NCBI RefSeq assembly: GCF_964194155.1
Contig: NC_135893.1
Location: forward strand, 10,044,001-10,108,000
Direction of reading: 5' to 3'
DNA from: Cetorhinus maximus
Lineage: Eukaryota
Length of the DNA stretch: 64,000 nucleotides
Below are positions 1-12,634 of this stretch, in pieces (the stretch's first letter is position 1; every line of letters begins with the position of its first letter). The translations under genes were made by a program, and so were the position numbers. Under the pieces are notes generated by a model. The model saw only the letters and a list, made by a program, of their open reading frames with translations, searched no databases and had not been told where the DNA came from.

Positions 1-189
1 CTTTGTAACAAAAAAAAACCTGGTGACTTTAAAATGACAAAAGATCAGCTGCTATTCAAATGGATTTTCTACACTTGGTGAGAAGTGTCTGAAACCATAA
101 AATAGAGAGAGAGATAATAATGGCTTTGACAAAGAAGTGCTGAAACTCAATGTCATTACTTTTAATAAATATTTATATAGGAACATTGA

Positions 190-330
190 GCTTGGGAGCA
201 GGAGTAGGCCATTCAACCCTTCAATCCTGCTGCACCATTTGATAGGATCATGGTTGATCAGGTTCTGGTCTCAACTCCACTTTCCTGTCTTCATCCATAA
301 TCTTTGACTCCCTTGTCTATCAAAAATCTG
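190..330 (-). mobile_element. CR1 LINE 3' end fragment
   Basis: Typical CR1 3'UTR on the minus strand (ggagcaggagtaggccattc... on +). Confidence 0.7.
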
Positions 331-895
331 TTAATACATTAACAATACATTAATTGAGTACTGAGTTAACAATGATTCTGGAAAGATGCATTGTAAAATA
401 TTTTAGCAGACGTATAATAAATACTGCGTGGTAGAAATTTATTCCAAAAATTACCAGAATCACTTTACGTTTTCATTCTATTCTCCTCACAACATTCTTT
501 TTATCTTAATTTTTTTCATCTCTATTCATAATTTTAAATCCTTGAACGATGTTCCCATATTTTCTGTTCCACTGATGATAAACGGAAGTGTTTTGCATTC
601 TGTCAGTGATTCAGTAAATATTATCCAGAATCTTCCTTTGTATTAGCTGTGGCTCAGTGGTAGCATTCTCGCCTCTGAGGCTTAAGGTTCGGGTTTAAGC
701 CCCACTCCAAAGATTTGACCGTGTAGTTTAGGCTGACACTCCAGTGCATTTCTGAGGGAGCACTGCACTGAAGGGAGGAGTGCCATCTTTTGGATGAGAT
801 GCTTAATCGAGACACTGTCTCTCCTCTCGTGTGGCCATGAAAGATCCTGTGGCACTGTTTGATAAGGAGCATGGGAATCCTCCCAGTGTACTGCA

Positions 896-1161
896 CTTTT
901 TGCGAAACCTCATCCACGGGTGGGATGAGGTTCCGATCCGTCATTAAAAATTTTTTTTTTAAAAGTCATCCTAATTTCTGACACGTCCCTGCTCATGTGA
1001 CAGTCACATGAGGGGGACATGTTTTTTTAACACCTTAAAATTCCCTATTTTTTTTATATATTGAAAACTGTTCATCTCCCTGAGGCAGCTCTGTGCCCCA
1101 GGGAGCTTTTCCAGCGCACACCCGCATGCAGGCGCGAGGGTTGCACCTGCCCTCCTACTTC

Positions 1162-1197
<36 letters not shown>

Positions 1198-1332
1198 GAG
1201 CTAAGCGCTGAAGCACTTGATTCACGCTGGGCGGGCCTTAATTGGCCCACCAGCATGAAATCACGATCTGGCCCAGATCGTGGCTGGTGGTCGACTGCCC
1301 GAACCTGCCCGACGAGGGCAAAATTCTGCCCC
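896..1332. mobile_element. GC-rich MITE fragment containing a (CA)n tract
   Basis: Ends in AAAATTCTGCCC. Shares ggatgaggtt and gcagctctgtgcc motifs with 23723-24398 and 31592-32134. Confidence 0.6.
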
Positions 1333-1394
1333 ATGGTCACTTATCTCATTGCTGTTTGTGGGACCGTGACTGCTGAGTTTCCTACAGTGACTAT

Positions 1395-1522
1395 GGCCGG
1401 AACTTTCCAGCCCCACACGCCAGCGGGATCTTCTGGTCCCGCCGATGTGAACGGAGGTTTCAATGTGCTCACCGGCCCCGGCCTGGGGGAACCCACCGCA
1501 AGGGGGCTGGAAAATTCCAGCC
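1395..1522. mobile_element. Small MITE
   Basis: TIRs GGCCGGAACTTTCCAGCCCC / GGGGCTGGAAAATTCCAGCC, flanked by a TAT duplication. Confidence 0.7.
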
Positions 1523-2711
1523 TATGTTTCACAAGGACTTAATTGGCTATAAAGCGCTTTGGGAATGTCATGAGAAGAACATGTTCTTGTACCTCCCAGC
1601 AAGACAAGGGTTAAGCCTGTGAATCATATAGAATCATCGAGTGGTTACAGCACAGAAGAATGTTTGTCTCCTATTCAAGGCCATGAGTTTGAATGGCAGG
1701 GCAGCTTGTCACTGGCTGCATCAGCTGAGTTAGTTTGATAATGTCAAGTAGAATCTCATTCCATTGTAGGTGAGAAAAAAATCAACCAAGCCCACATCCC
1801 ACCTCTTGTATGGCCTCCTGTCAGTAATTTACAGATTGACCTAAAGAGGCACTGGAGAAGTGAGCAGTGCTGTCTCTATCTCACTGGCTGCACAGTAATG
1901 GCTGCATCAATCACTGAAAATAACATTCGTAGAGTTTCTTTTAGCTTGGAAATTATTTGCATTTTATTAGCGTGTCCCCTGTGACATTGCACGAATGGGA
2001 AGTTCAGAGCCAGTTACCAAATGCTCATCCCCTTCTGCTTCTGTCTGAGTATCCAGTACTCTGTGTTAGCATCCCCACACCAGCTAATTGTCAGGACTAC
2101 CTTCTCTGATTTCACAGGCTGGTTACTATTAGACCAAGCAAACAGGAATTCTATAAATACAAATAATATGCATAGAAATAAAGGCAGCCCTGAAGTGCAT
2201 ATAACTCAACGGTGACTGTTGGCTAATTTTGAATCTACCCTTGTGCCACATATAGGCCTCATGTCCGCCCTTGGCTTTGCCAAGGAGTTGGCATAGCCAC
2301 TGTGGTGTGTGTTGTCTAGTTAGGAGCCGCAAGGGTCTTCAGTGGGGGGATGGGGAAGGGAGGTGCCTTGGAAGCTTCCTTTGACCACTGTTGAGATTGG
2401 TGAGTTGAGTAGTTCTGTGAGCAGCAATGACAGAACATTGGCCCCATGACCAGGGTTGATTCAAGTCATAACTGTGGGCTTTGGCTCCTATCTGAATTTG
2501 CCATTGTGTATTGAGTACTATTGCAATTGCATTATGTGAATTATAGGGACTTGTGCCTACTGGATGGGGTGGGGGTTGAGGGAGGGGCAGGGTGCTTCAG
2601 ACTGCCTATGAATAATTCTCATTGTATCCTTGCAGGTGGTAGAGAGAGGAATCTTTCATTCCGTAGAATTGAGCTGGACTTAATCTCAAGTCCCAAGGCT
2701 AGTAGTGGCTA

Positions 2712-3200
2712 AAGACTTACATTTATATAGCGCCTTTCAAAATCTCCAGCCATTCCAAAGCGCTTTATGGACAATGAAGTACTTCTGGAATTTAGTCATG
2801 TGTTGTAGTCATAGAATGGTAACAGTGCAGAAGGATGCCATTCGGCCCATCGAGCTCGCGCAGGTCCGCTGTCAAGAGCAAATGTAATGCAGGAAACACG
2901 GCAGCTAATTTGTGCAGAGCAAGCTCCAACAAAAAGCATTGACATAATGACCAAATAAAACGTCTCAATGATAGTAATGGAGGGATCAGTATTGGGCTGA
3001 ACTCCCCTGTTCTTGAAATAGTGCCATGGGATCAGTGAAAGGGAAGAAAGGGCCTTGGTTTAAAATCTCACCCGAGAGCCAGCACCTCTAACAATTCAGC
3101 ACTCCCACCGTTCTGCACTGAAGTGCCTGGGGTTCAAGGTTCTGGAGTGGGACTTGCACCCAGAGCCTTTGACTCAGAGACTGTTACTTTCTCAGCTATA
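2712..3200 (-). mobile_element. SacSINE1-like SINE with a short CR1-tail insert near 2808-2880
   Basis: Tail (atttatatagcgcctttc on +) through the Deu core to the head on the minus strand. Confidence 0.7.
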
Positions 3201-3514
3201 GCTGTTTTAAAGGCTTTACCATCCAGACCCTCATTGACTCTCAGTGCAATTTGTTTCCTATAGGTTGAAGGTTTCCCTGCCCTTTACTTAAAGGTACCAT
3301 ATATCTGACTTTTAGAACTGATATATTGTAGTGCTCAGTACAGGCAAAAATCATCGTGACATTCATTTTCATAGCATGTTTTCATTCACAATGTAGGTTT
3401 CAGCCCCTATTTTTCCACCATACAAATTGCATTTGCACTATTTGAGAAATTTAGGCACTTCCGGTACAATGTGTTCCATTGTCCTCAGTGATAAGTTGTG
3501 ATGTTGAATTTTTA

Positions 3515-4035
3515 AAAATTTATTCTTTCTTGGGATGCGGGTGTCACTGGCTAGGTCAGCATTTATTGCCCATCCCTAGTTGCCCTTGAGAAGGTGGTGG
3601 TGAGCTGCCTTCTTGAACCGCTGCAATCCATGTGGTGTAGGTACACCCACAGTGCTGTTAGGGAGGGAGTTCCAGGACTTTGACCCAGCGACAGTGAAGG
3701 AACGGCAGATATATTTCCAAGTCAGGATGGTGAGTGGCTTGGAGGTGCTGGCTTGCTGTTGGTGGTGTTCCCATGCGTCTGCTGCCCTTGTCCTTCTAGG
3801 CAGTACAGGCCGTGGGTGTGGAAGGTGCTGTCGAAGGAGCCTTGGCGAGTTGCAGCAGTGCATCTTGTACTTCTCACTGCTGCCACTATGTGAGAGTGGT
3901 AGAGGGAGTGAACATTTAAGGTGGTGGATGGGGTGGCAATCAAGCTGCTTTGTCTTAGATGGTGTCAAGTTTCTTGAGTGTTGTCAGAGCTGCACTTATC
4001 TAGCAAGTGGAGAGTGTTCCATCACACTCCTGGAA
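3515..4035 (-). mobile_element. CR1-group LINE 3' fragment
   Basis: Minus-strand ORF ends WNSLPNSTVGVPTPHGLQRFKKAAHHHLLKGN, followed by the family 3' tail. Confidence 0.8.
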
Positions 4036-5699
4036 TAAATGGACATACTGAGCAGGCAGCACAACCAAGACCATGATGTGCACTTAGGGGAGAGCAGAAT
4101 TAGAGCTATTGAAACCCCAGCTGTATACATAATTGTTGTTCACTCTTTGGCAGATTGTGGTGATGTCCAGTAATTAAACATGTGGAGCAGTCAGCCCATT
4201 TAAGATCTTAAGTTACCTAATGCAGGTTGTCAGGGCTTTTCCCGTTTTTTTTGAAAATTGACACCCACCGAGCACTCAGCTTTGTTCTGTTCTGGGGTCA
4301 GGTGCTGTAAGTGGATCTGTAGGTGTTTTCAAGTCTTCAGTCAAGGCTTTCAAATGCATGATCTCTGGTAACCTTATGCTGCTGTCATTACTGCCTGTTA
4401 ATGTACTGGCAAATTTAGTTCTGCGGGGAGCAGAAAATCAGTTTTCAAGCAAAATTCAGGGCTGGATGCTGAAATTTTAACTCTTGTGATGTGATGTCTG
4501 TCCAATCCTCTTGTTTGTGCAAAAACCGAACTTATTCTTAAGGTACACCATGTACCAAGTTGTGTTTGTGATTTGTGCTGCTGTTAACTCTGCCTCTTCC
4601 AGTCATTTGTGTGTGTGCCCATCCACATTGAATGTGGTGTTGTCAGACAAAGCACTTAATTGAGGTGCCAACCATAGACAACAATTAATCTCAGAGAAGC
4701 TTAAATCTTTTGGCTTTTTCATCTAGCAGTTCTGGCTTTGCCACCTTAAATGTGAATTTACCCAGTCAAATGCGCAGCTAAAAAGGCACCCTTGGGTCTT
4801 TCATTAGAGGTTTGATTCTTGGCCAGTAACGAGTTGCTACAAAAAGGCTGTGTAGATATATGGTAGTCGTTAATTGTACATTGAAAGTGGAGAGAATGCT
4901 CCTAAATAGGACCCATTGTATTAAATTTCCCTTATTTACACTGCAGGTTAGGACCAGGGACCTGAAAACTGCACCTGTATAGTTACTTTAAAGCATTTTT
5001 GTGACCCTGATGTGGACCATCCCCAGCATTAGGGGAACCTTAAACAGTACAGTTCAATTCCCCCATCGTACAGAGCTGCAACATTGGTGCCAAGTCAGGC
5101 TCAAAACGCTTACGAATCTGACCAGGAAGGTAAGGTCAGTGTAAAGATCAGCCACCCTGCCCTGAGGGTAGGGCACCAGCTCGACACATCCTCAATAAAA
5201 CAACTCCAATTTATGATGAGCGACACTAGACTTGTCACAGCTGCCAGAGGGTGTTTAGGGGAAAGAACTAAAGGCTCACAAGGGGAGGCGGCAGGGGGGC
5301 AGTCACTGCTGGTTTGGGGGTGGGGGGGAAGGGGGTCCATCACACTGATGTCCTAACTGCATCTATGGAGGCAGGGGTAGCAATAGAGGCTGTGCATACC
5401 TCTGTGAAGATAAATTTTCACATACTGGGTGATGTACATTATTCATAACCATCAGAGGATTATGTTGACATTCTGCAGAATTAATGTTTTGGGTACTTAA
5501 TATCATTGTCTTCCAGAAAGTGCAGATAAGCCGTAGTTTTATGTCAAAGGATTAATTCATGTAAGTTACCCACACGAAGCTCTACAACTGTAACTATTAG
5601 ATACAAGAATGGAGTCAGACTTGTACCAGAATTTGGGAATTATTTTTTCCCCCCAGAATGTTAGATGATCCCAGACGCAGACAGACAGCTGCCAGTTTA

Positions 5700-7826
5700 G
5701 GCTCTGTGGAGCTGGAAGCGTTTCTAGATGCTGGGAGTGTCGGGGGGGAGTTTTAGACCTGCTGTCCTGTGTGTTTCTGGCTTTTTTTTTTAAGAAAAAA
5801 GGTTTCTATCGCGCCCTGTGATATCGCATCCCTCGTTTGGATAAGGGCAAAATTATGAATGTGCCCTGGGAAAAGGCGCCGAGCGCAGTGCACAGGGCTG
5901 CGTTCTGTGAAAAACTCAAACAGCTGGAGCTCAACTCCACCCTTCCTCTGGTGCTCCACACGCTCTCTGTTTTGCTGTCTCTCTCCACCCCCCCCTTTTT
6001 TTTAAAATCTTTTCCTCCACCTCCTCCCCCCTTCCCAAAATGTGAAGTTTCTCTTATCCTGCGAGAGAGGATTTGGTAAGCAGGGAGCTTCATCTGCAGT
6101 TGGTGAAGGTGTTGTTGCTGCTATTGCTGCTGCTGGTTAGCGTTTTGCCAGACACACGGGGCTAGTTGGAGAGAGAGAGAGGAGTGAACATGCTGTGTTT
6201 TCAGTGAGTGCGATTCTGGCTGCTCTGGCTTTATTTCCACCCCCCCCCTCCCCTCTCTCTCTCTCTCTTGCTCCCAGAGGAGGGCGAGGAGAGAATTCCC
6301 TCAAGCTCCTCTTTTGTTACTGATGACTGTCTGATGCAGAAGCGGAAAACAGAGAGAGAGAGAGAGAGAGAGAAACAGCCTCAGTCTAAAGCCGGGACTG
6401 TAAAACTGCCGAGGTCCTTTTGTTGTGTCGACAGTCTGACTGCTTGTCTGTCTTCATACCTGCTCTGCTTTACCTGCTGTGTTGAAGGGAGGCTGGAGCT
6501 CAGATCAGAAGGTTGCGAAGAGAGAGGCAGACAGGAGAAACTGAAGAGGCTGCTTCTCGTACAAAGGGGGGGGAAAAATCATCTTTCATCTCCCAAGATA
6601 AAGAGACGTGGGGAAAAACATTTCCTGTCCCCTCGCTGCCGAGGACAGACTTCAGTTCGCCCTGGTGAAACTTGAGGACTTGGAAGTCTTACAGCCAGGA
6701 GAATGAGGAGGAGGAGGCGAGTGCAAGGATGAGGCGCGGTTGATTTGAGGTGGTCTCCTCGCTCACAGGGAGGCGAACATGTCACCAGCTTCCCGAAGGC
6801 ACTAAACTTGATTCCTGAAAAGCTGCACCCCCCCGCCCATCTTTTCCTGCACGCTTGTCTGTCTGTCTGTCTGTCTGTCTGTGGCAGGAGGCAGAGGCTG
6901 GAAGATCTTCGCTCTTCTTCTCTAAGCAATAAAACTCCAAGTCGAGGGAAAGAGACTTGGAGCCGCAGCTGAAACCGAGCGGCTTGTGGCTGGGGTGAAG
7001 TGTTGTGTGTTTGGTTACACAGTGGCTATTGCCTGCTCAGTTTCTGAGAGAGGGTGGGGGCTCCACATTTTTAACCACATACTCGATAAGTATTGGGTCA
7101 TTTCACTGGTCTTGGGGGCGGGTTTGGGATGGGTCAAGCGTTGAATATAGAGCGACGAACCTACACAACTGGGAAGAGGCTGATTTCCGAACCGTAGTTT
7201 TGGTGATTCCAGCTGGACCTGCCTCTGGGACTCAGAAGTGAGCACAGATCAAGGTGAAAAGGCGATTTTTGCTTCATAGTCAACTCGTCACAGAAGAGCA
7301 GCTGAAAGGAGACCATCCTTTGCCAATAGATCAACTGGCCAACCCACCCCAGGAAGCTATTGTGGCTCAGCCTGTCCCCTAGTGTCTGCTGTCTTTTTTT
7401 TAAATGGGGCAGTGGCACTTTCTGGATGAACTGCCTGGCTGCTGTCTTGCAGTCCTTTCACGTGTGGAGTGAACCTGTTCACCGAATGTCATGCTGACTG
7501 TGAGCGACAGACTTGGCCTCTGCACAACATGCACCACTTGAAGGCTTGGAATCGTTTCCATTCACCTGCAAAAGGGAATTGAATTTACAGCGGGTGCCCG
7601 ATTCATGTGGCATGGATCATTTTCTGAGGGGCTGCGTGTACTGAAGGGAGGCGAAAGATGTTTGACCAGCTTTGGCCGGCTTGTCACAGTCTTCAACGCC
7701 GCGCCAGTAAACTGGGAGAAGGTCGGATGGGAGCACTGATCTGAAGAGCTGCCTTACTTGCCCTGCGACCTGGGGACTTGAGATCTGCCTTTACGCCTGG
7801 GGTTTGCGAGCAGAACGGTGTGCGCC
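5700..7826 (+). promoter_or_regulatory. Putative internal promoter and 5'UTR of TM-agrin
   Basis: No recognisable transposons, raised CpG content, GA/CT, GCT and TGTC tracts, directly upstream of the TM first exon. The TSS cannot be placed. Confidence 0.55.
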
Positions 7827-7992
7827 ATGGCTGGCGGCCGCTATCCCACAGCCCCTGCACACCCCCGGGGCAGAATGTACCAACACAAGGTTTCTCTGGT
7901 CGTGCGATACTTCATGATCCCGTGCAACATCTGCCTGATCCTGTTGGCAACCTCAACGCTCGGCTTCGCCGTCCTCCTCTTCCTCAACAATT
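7827..7992 (+). CDS. AGRN: Agrin, alternative first coding exon of the transmembrane (SN/TM, type II signal-anchor) isoform
   Basis: Strong Kozak context gccATGG at 7827, with an in-frame upstream stop TGA at 7779. Translates MAGGRYPTAPAHPRGRMYQHKVSLVVRYFMIPCNICLILLATSTLGFAVLLFLNN. The stretch VRYFMIPCNICLILLATSTLGFAVLLFL is recognised as the rodent SN/TM-agrin N-terminus. Phase-1 donor T|GTACGT at 7993. Confidence 0.95.
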
Positions 7993-9774
7993 GTACGTTG
8001 CCCACTTCCAATCTTCCAAAAGTTGTCCATGGCCGAATGCAGAATTCGCCAGTGATACTTGGTTTAAATCATGTTGGAATTGTTAATGTGCAGCTTACTT
8101 TGCGTGACTTGAGTTACATCGACTAACCGGGGTTGCTTTTTATTTCTCTCTAGTTGCACTTGCTGTTTTGAATGAGGTGGCCCACTCCAGTTTATTTCAA
8201 GCCTTAAACATTAGATTTTACCTGGTAACGTACTAATTTAGGATAGGCCTGTCACCGGGAATATCCAACAGTAAAAGGTAGAACTTTTACCTCTCCGAAG
8301 GGAGACCAGAGAGTAAGTAATACTGGGCCTCGAGAGTCGGGGTCAGAGACAGCAGGCCCAATGAGCTCCTTTTGCAAAGTGAAGCAGGTCAGCAGGACCT
8401 TGTAGGCCCTGGTTCTCCTGTATGGGGTAATTTCAGGGGAGCGAGACTAATTGGAGTTCAAAGAGTTGTCATGGGCATGATGGGCTGAATGGGCTCCTGT
8501 ATTGTAGGATTCTATGATTTAGTGCCACTCCTCCCTCTGCACAAGATGCATTATAAGAAAGCACATAAGATAACCCTGACTGGTGACTCTATGTGTCACA
8601 GCAAATAGTGAATTTCCACTTGCACGCATGGTGACTGCCTGATTTCCAACATGTGGATCTGGAAGCAGCACTTTATGGAGAGAACGCTGTGGAGTGAAGT
8701 GGTTGGAAGTCAATTTCTATCCTGTCATGAGTTAGTGGCATGGCACGGGGTTGCAATCGAGAACAGTGAGAAATTAATTATAAGAGAAAGGAATAAACAG
8801 CAGTCCTGTAGCTTACAGTATTAAGGACCATAGTTTTCTGGAGCTTAGTTGCTCCATTCCAAATGGGGACATTTAGAAACTACTTCAAAGGCCTTCACCA
8901 GTTTTCTGATGTAGATCTGTCACTGCAGTCTTCAAAGGAATAATTGCAATATCATAAGAGCCAGAGGACACTTTATATGTAAATGTTATTCTTTTGAAGA
9001 CAAGATTATTAAAAGGTTTTAATTAACATCCTCACAAGCATAGAATGCAATATAGTGAGATTTAAGACAAATCTGTAATAATTAGGGAAAAGACTTTGAT
9101 GATGGATTTGGTACTTCCTGTTTGGAAATATATTGCCCTGATGGTGTAGTTGTTTGATGTCAGATGAGTATTACAGTTAGATTCAGGACTCTTGTTCCCA
9201 GGGTGGGGTTTGTAGGGGAGGAAGGGAGGAGAGGCAGTACCCTTAATCGCAATTCCGTAACCTGAAGTTATTAGCATATGGATGTTGGGTGATGAACCCA
9301 GTCAGATACGATGCTCTCTGTGGGGGGTCACTGCCTGCTGTTCACTGCATGGAGGATGGTCACTTGGAGGAAAAGTACTGCAAGCTGCCCAATGCCTGTG
9401 AAGACCCAGCAAGTGTCAGCTCCTTCTGGAGAACGGGTTGAGAAGCTGGGAGGCAGGAGAAAAAAAAAACTTGCAGTATGAAAGTAAAAGATTTAACTAC
9501 AGAACAATTTGCCTAGTTTTCATATCAAGCCTGAGTCTATGGTACAAGGTGACTTGACTATTCATGATTGCTTCATTGCAGTATTCTAAATCAAAGGACA
9601 GGACATTTGCACGCACAGGAGTGTCAGCACGTTGCAGTATTCTACTCTTTCCTAATTGTGGTTGGGCTTGACCTGAACCCTTTCACGTTGGCCACAGATG
9701 GAGGGATTCGTCTTTTAGATTTGAATTTCTCGCTGTTCACTGTATCTGTAATTAAATCAGTTCGTATGTTCTTA

Positions 9775-10260
9775 GAATTTAGAAGCAGGAGTAGACCATG
9801 CAGCCCTTTGAGCCTGCTCCGCTATTCAGTAAGATCAAGGCTGATCCGTTTGTGGTCTCAGCTCCATTTTCCTGTCTGCCTGCCATGACACTGAACCCCC
9901 TTGCCAATCAAATGTCTATCTAACTCAGCCTGGAATAAATTCAATGACCCAGCCTCCTCTGCTTTCTGGGAAAGAAAATTCCACATACTAACGACCATCT
10001 GAGAATTTCTCCTCTGTCTTAAAAGGAGACCTCTTTTTCTTAAGCTGTGTCCCCTGGATCTAGACTCTCCCACAAGAGGAAGCATCCTTACAGAATCCAC
10101 CATATAAAGTCCCCTTAGTGTCTTGTCTGTTTCAATAAGTTCGCCTCTCGCCTCTCATTCTTCTAAACTCCAATTGGTATAGGCCCAACTGTTCAACCTT
10201 TTCTCATAAGAGAAGCCCTTCAATCCAGGAATGATTCGAGTGAATCTTCTCTGTACTGCA
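9775..10260 (-). mobile_element. CR1 LINE 3' fragment
   Basis: Encodes AVQRRFTRIIPGLKGFSYEKRL and SRSRGHSL...WNFL. Confidence 0.85.
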
Positions 10261-11039
10261 AGCCCTAGTATTGGTAGAGTTATGAATCTGTGGTGCACAT
10301 CCTGGATCAAGTTCCCCCTCAGCCACTGGCCTGCTGGCTTCTCCTGCCTCTGAACAGTTGGATAGTATTCTGATGACACTTGCATCTGACAGGACCAAAC
10401 GGAATGACTACAGCAAACAGCAGCTGCACAAAAAGGTCATTTAGAAAGAACACTTATTCACAACAAATTGCGCAGTCCTTCCCCCTCCTTACTAGAATAG
10501 TTTAGGGTGTGGTAGAATTTAAAATGGGAGGTTTTGCCATCAATACCTAATGTTCAAGCGCAAAGAATTGTGTTTTGTTTTGTGTTCAACTTTTTAACCT
10601 TGAATTCTGATGACTTCATTAAGGAACTGGTGAGAAGAGTTGTCAAGATCAGAATGGTGAGGGAACTGAACTGACAACAAAAAATTACATTTATGTAGCG
10701 TCCAGACTGTATAAAACTCTTCTAAGGCTTGGGGAAAGAAAATTAAAATAAAATATAGGAATGGATGCTGAGCCAAGTGGGCATTAGAAAAATGACCCAA
10801 AGCTCAGATGAATATTTCTTTCAAGATGGTGGGAAAAGAGGGACAGCTTGGAGGGATTAAGGGAAGGGGTTCCAGAGAATTGAGCCTCGTTGTTTGAAAA
10901 CTGTGCTACTAATGGTGGAACACAGGGAGAGGATACACAGAAGACCAGAGTGAGAGGACTAAAGGATATGAGAGCTGATGCAGAGATCGGGTGGGCAAGG
11001 TTATGAAGAATTTGAGGATGAGGACAAAGTGGGTTTTAA

Positions 11040-11510
11040 CCTCAGCTCAGTGGTAGCACTGTTGCCTCTTGAATCGGTAGGTTATGTGTTCGAGTTCCAC
11101 TCCGGAAACCTGAGTGCAAATTCCAGGCTGATATTCAAACGCACCACCGAGGGAGCCTTGCATTGCCCAAGTTGGCATCTTTCGTGTGAGGCATTGAACC
11201 TACTTGCCGTGTCAGGTAGACATAAAAGAGCCCATGGCTTTATTTTGAAGAAAAGCAGGGGAATTTTCCCTGATGCCCTACCCAACAGTTATCCCTTAAC
11301 CAAGTTCACTAATTATCTGAAACAAAAATAGAAAATGCTGGAAAAGCTCAGCAGGACTAACAGCATCCGTGGAGAGAAAAACACAGTTAATGTTTCGAGT
11401 CCGTATGACTCTTTTTCATTAACTACCTGATCATTTATCTCGCTGTCATTTGTAGAACCTTGTTGCACACAAATTGGCAGCCACTTTTCCCGACGTTATA
11501 ATAATAACTA
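11040..11510 (+). mobile_element. SacSINE1-like SINE with a Penelope pLTR fragment inserted at about 11321-11416
   Basis: A/B-box head and Deu core, plus the insert aaatgctggaaaagctcagcagg...tttcgagtccgtatgactc. Confidence 0.65.
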
Positions 11511-12634
11511 TGCTTAGGACCCTTACCTTGTGCCAGCTTCATCTGTTTCCCACCGCTGTTCAAGCAAGTATGTTTTTCAAAAAATTAGCAGGGGACGGGG
11601 TGTTAATTGCAGTTTTGCCGACTGCATCACATTTAAGAGGCGTGTGGTTCTGAGATTCCCACTTCAAATCCATGCCATTGGTAAATTGTCTAGATTAATG
11701 CATGCGGAGCCCGCGTTTGCCTGATGTAACTGAGACCGGCTGAACTGTTCATCATCTATTAGATAGCTATGCATTCATTGCGGCCCATTTGGCATGGTAA
11801 CTATTGCCATTGGCATGCTCAGCTGTATAACCCCACGGGCAGAGTTCAAGCTCGCCCTCATTCTGCTGGGCTCAACAGCAGCTTCAGCTGAATAAAGTGG
11901 GAATGTAAGATGATGCACTTTACATGAATGGAGTCTGAGCCAGTGCCTTGTGGCTTTTCAGGGAGCATCATGCATATGCCCTAATGTGGTGTTTTAGGCT
12001 ATGTGTCTCATTTTTCAATCACTTTGAATTCATGCTGAAATAATGGAAGAACATAGCTGTGATTTACGTCTCAAATATATGCTCATACTATATAAAAACC
12101 GGTTAGCACCAGATGATGATAAAATGGATATAAAACGATATCTTTAGTACAATTATTGCTATGATTGAATGCAAAGTATAAGAAATCCCACAGCACATTT
12201 TTGACATAAAATCTATTATATCAGAGATCTGGGTGACTGGAATAAGTGCCACAGCTTAATGATATTCCATTAGGAAGGCAGTGGGTCATTAAGTAGAATA
12301 TAGGGTCATTTTGTTTCCCCATAACCTTTAACCTTCCTTATGTTTGAGGATACAATATTGATCTTTTTAACCCCTTCACACCCACATTGGATAAATGTAA
12401 AATTTTAGTACTCAAAATGGTTCAATTATCCCTGCATCTGATGCTCCATTTTAAATTAAATTTCTGATTTCCTACCATATAAATGCTGCTGGACTGCTAG
12501 GTGGCAATTGGTCTGTGTTAAGTAGATTCAAATTGACATGTCCAGCATTCATTCCTTACCTAAATCCAGGTTAATCTAGTCTAACAACAGAAATTTCACT
12601 GATGTTAATAAAAACTGTCATTAATAAAATAGAA

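Larger units (their letters stand above)
645..1575 (+). mobile_element. SacSINE1-like (Deu-domain) tRNA SINE interrupted by two MITEs
   Basis: A box TGGCTCAGTGG and B-box-like GGTTTAAGCCC, a Deu-like core (gatcctgtggcact) and an L2-like tail (aaagcgctttggg). Confidence 0.75.

Noticed and set aside
6208-6675. 155-aa ORF in the promoter region
   Set aside because: GTG start, low-complexity GA/CT-derived residues and no recognisable homology.
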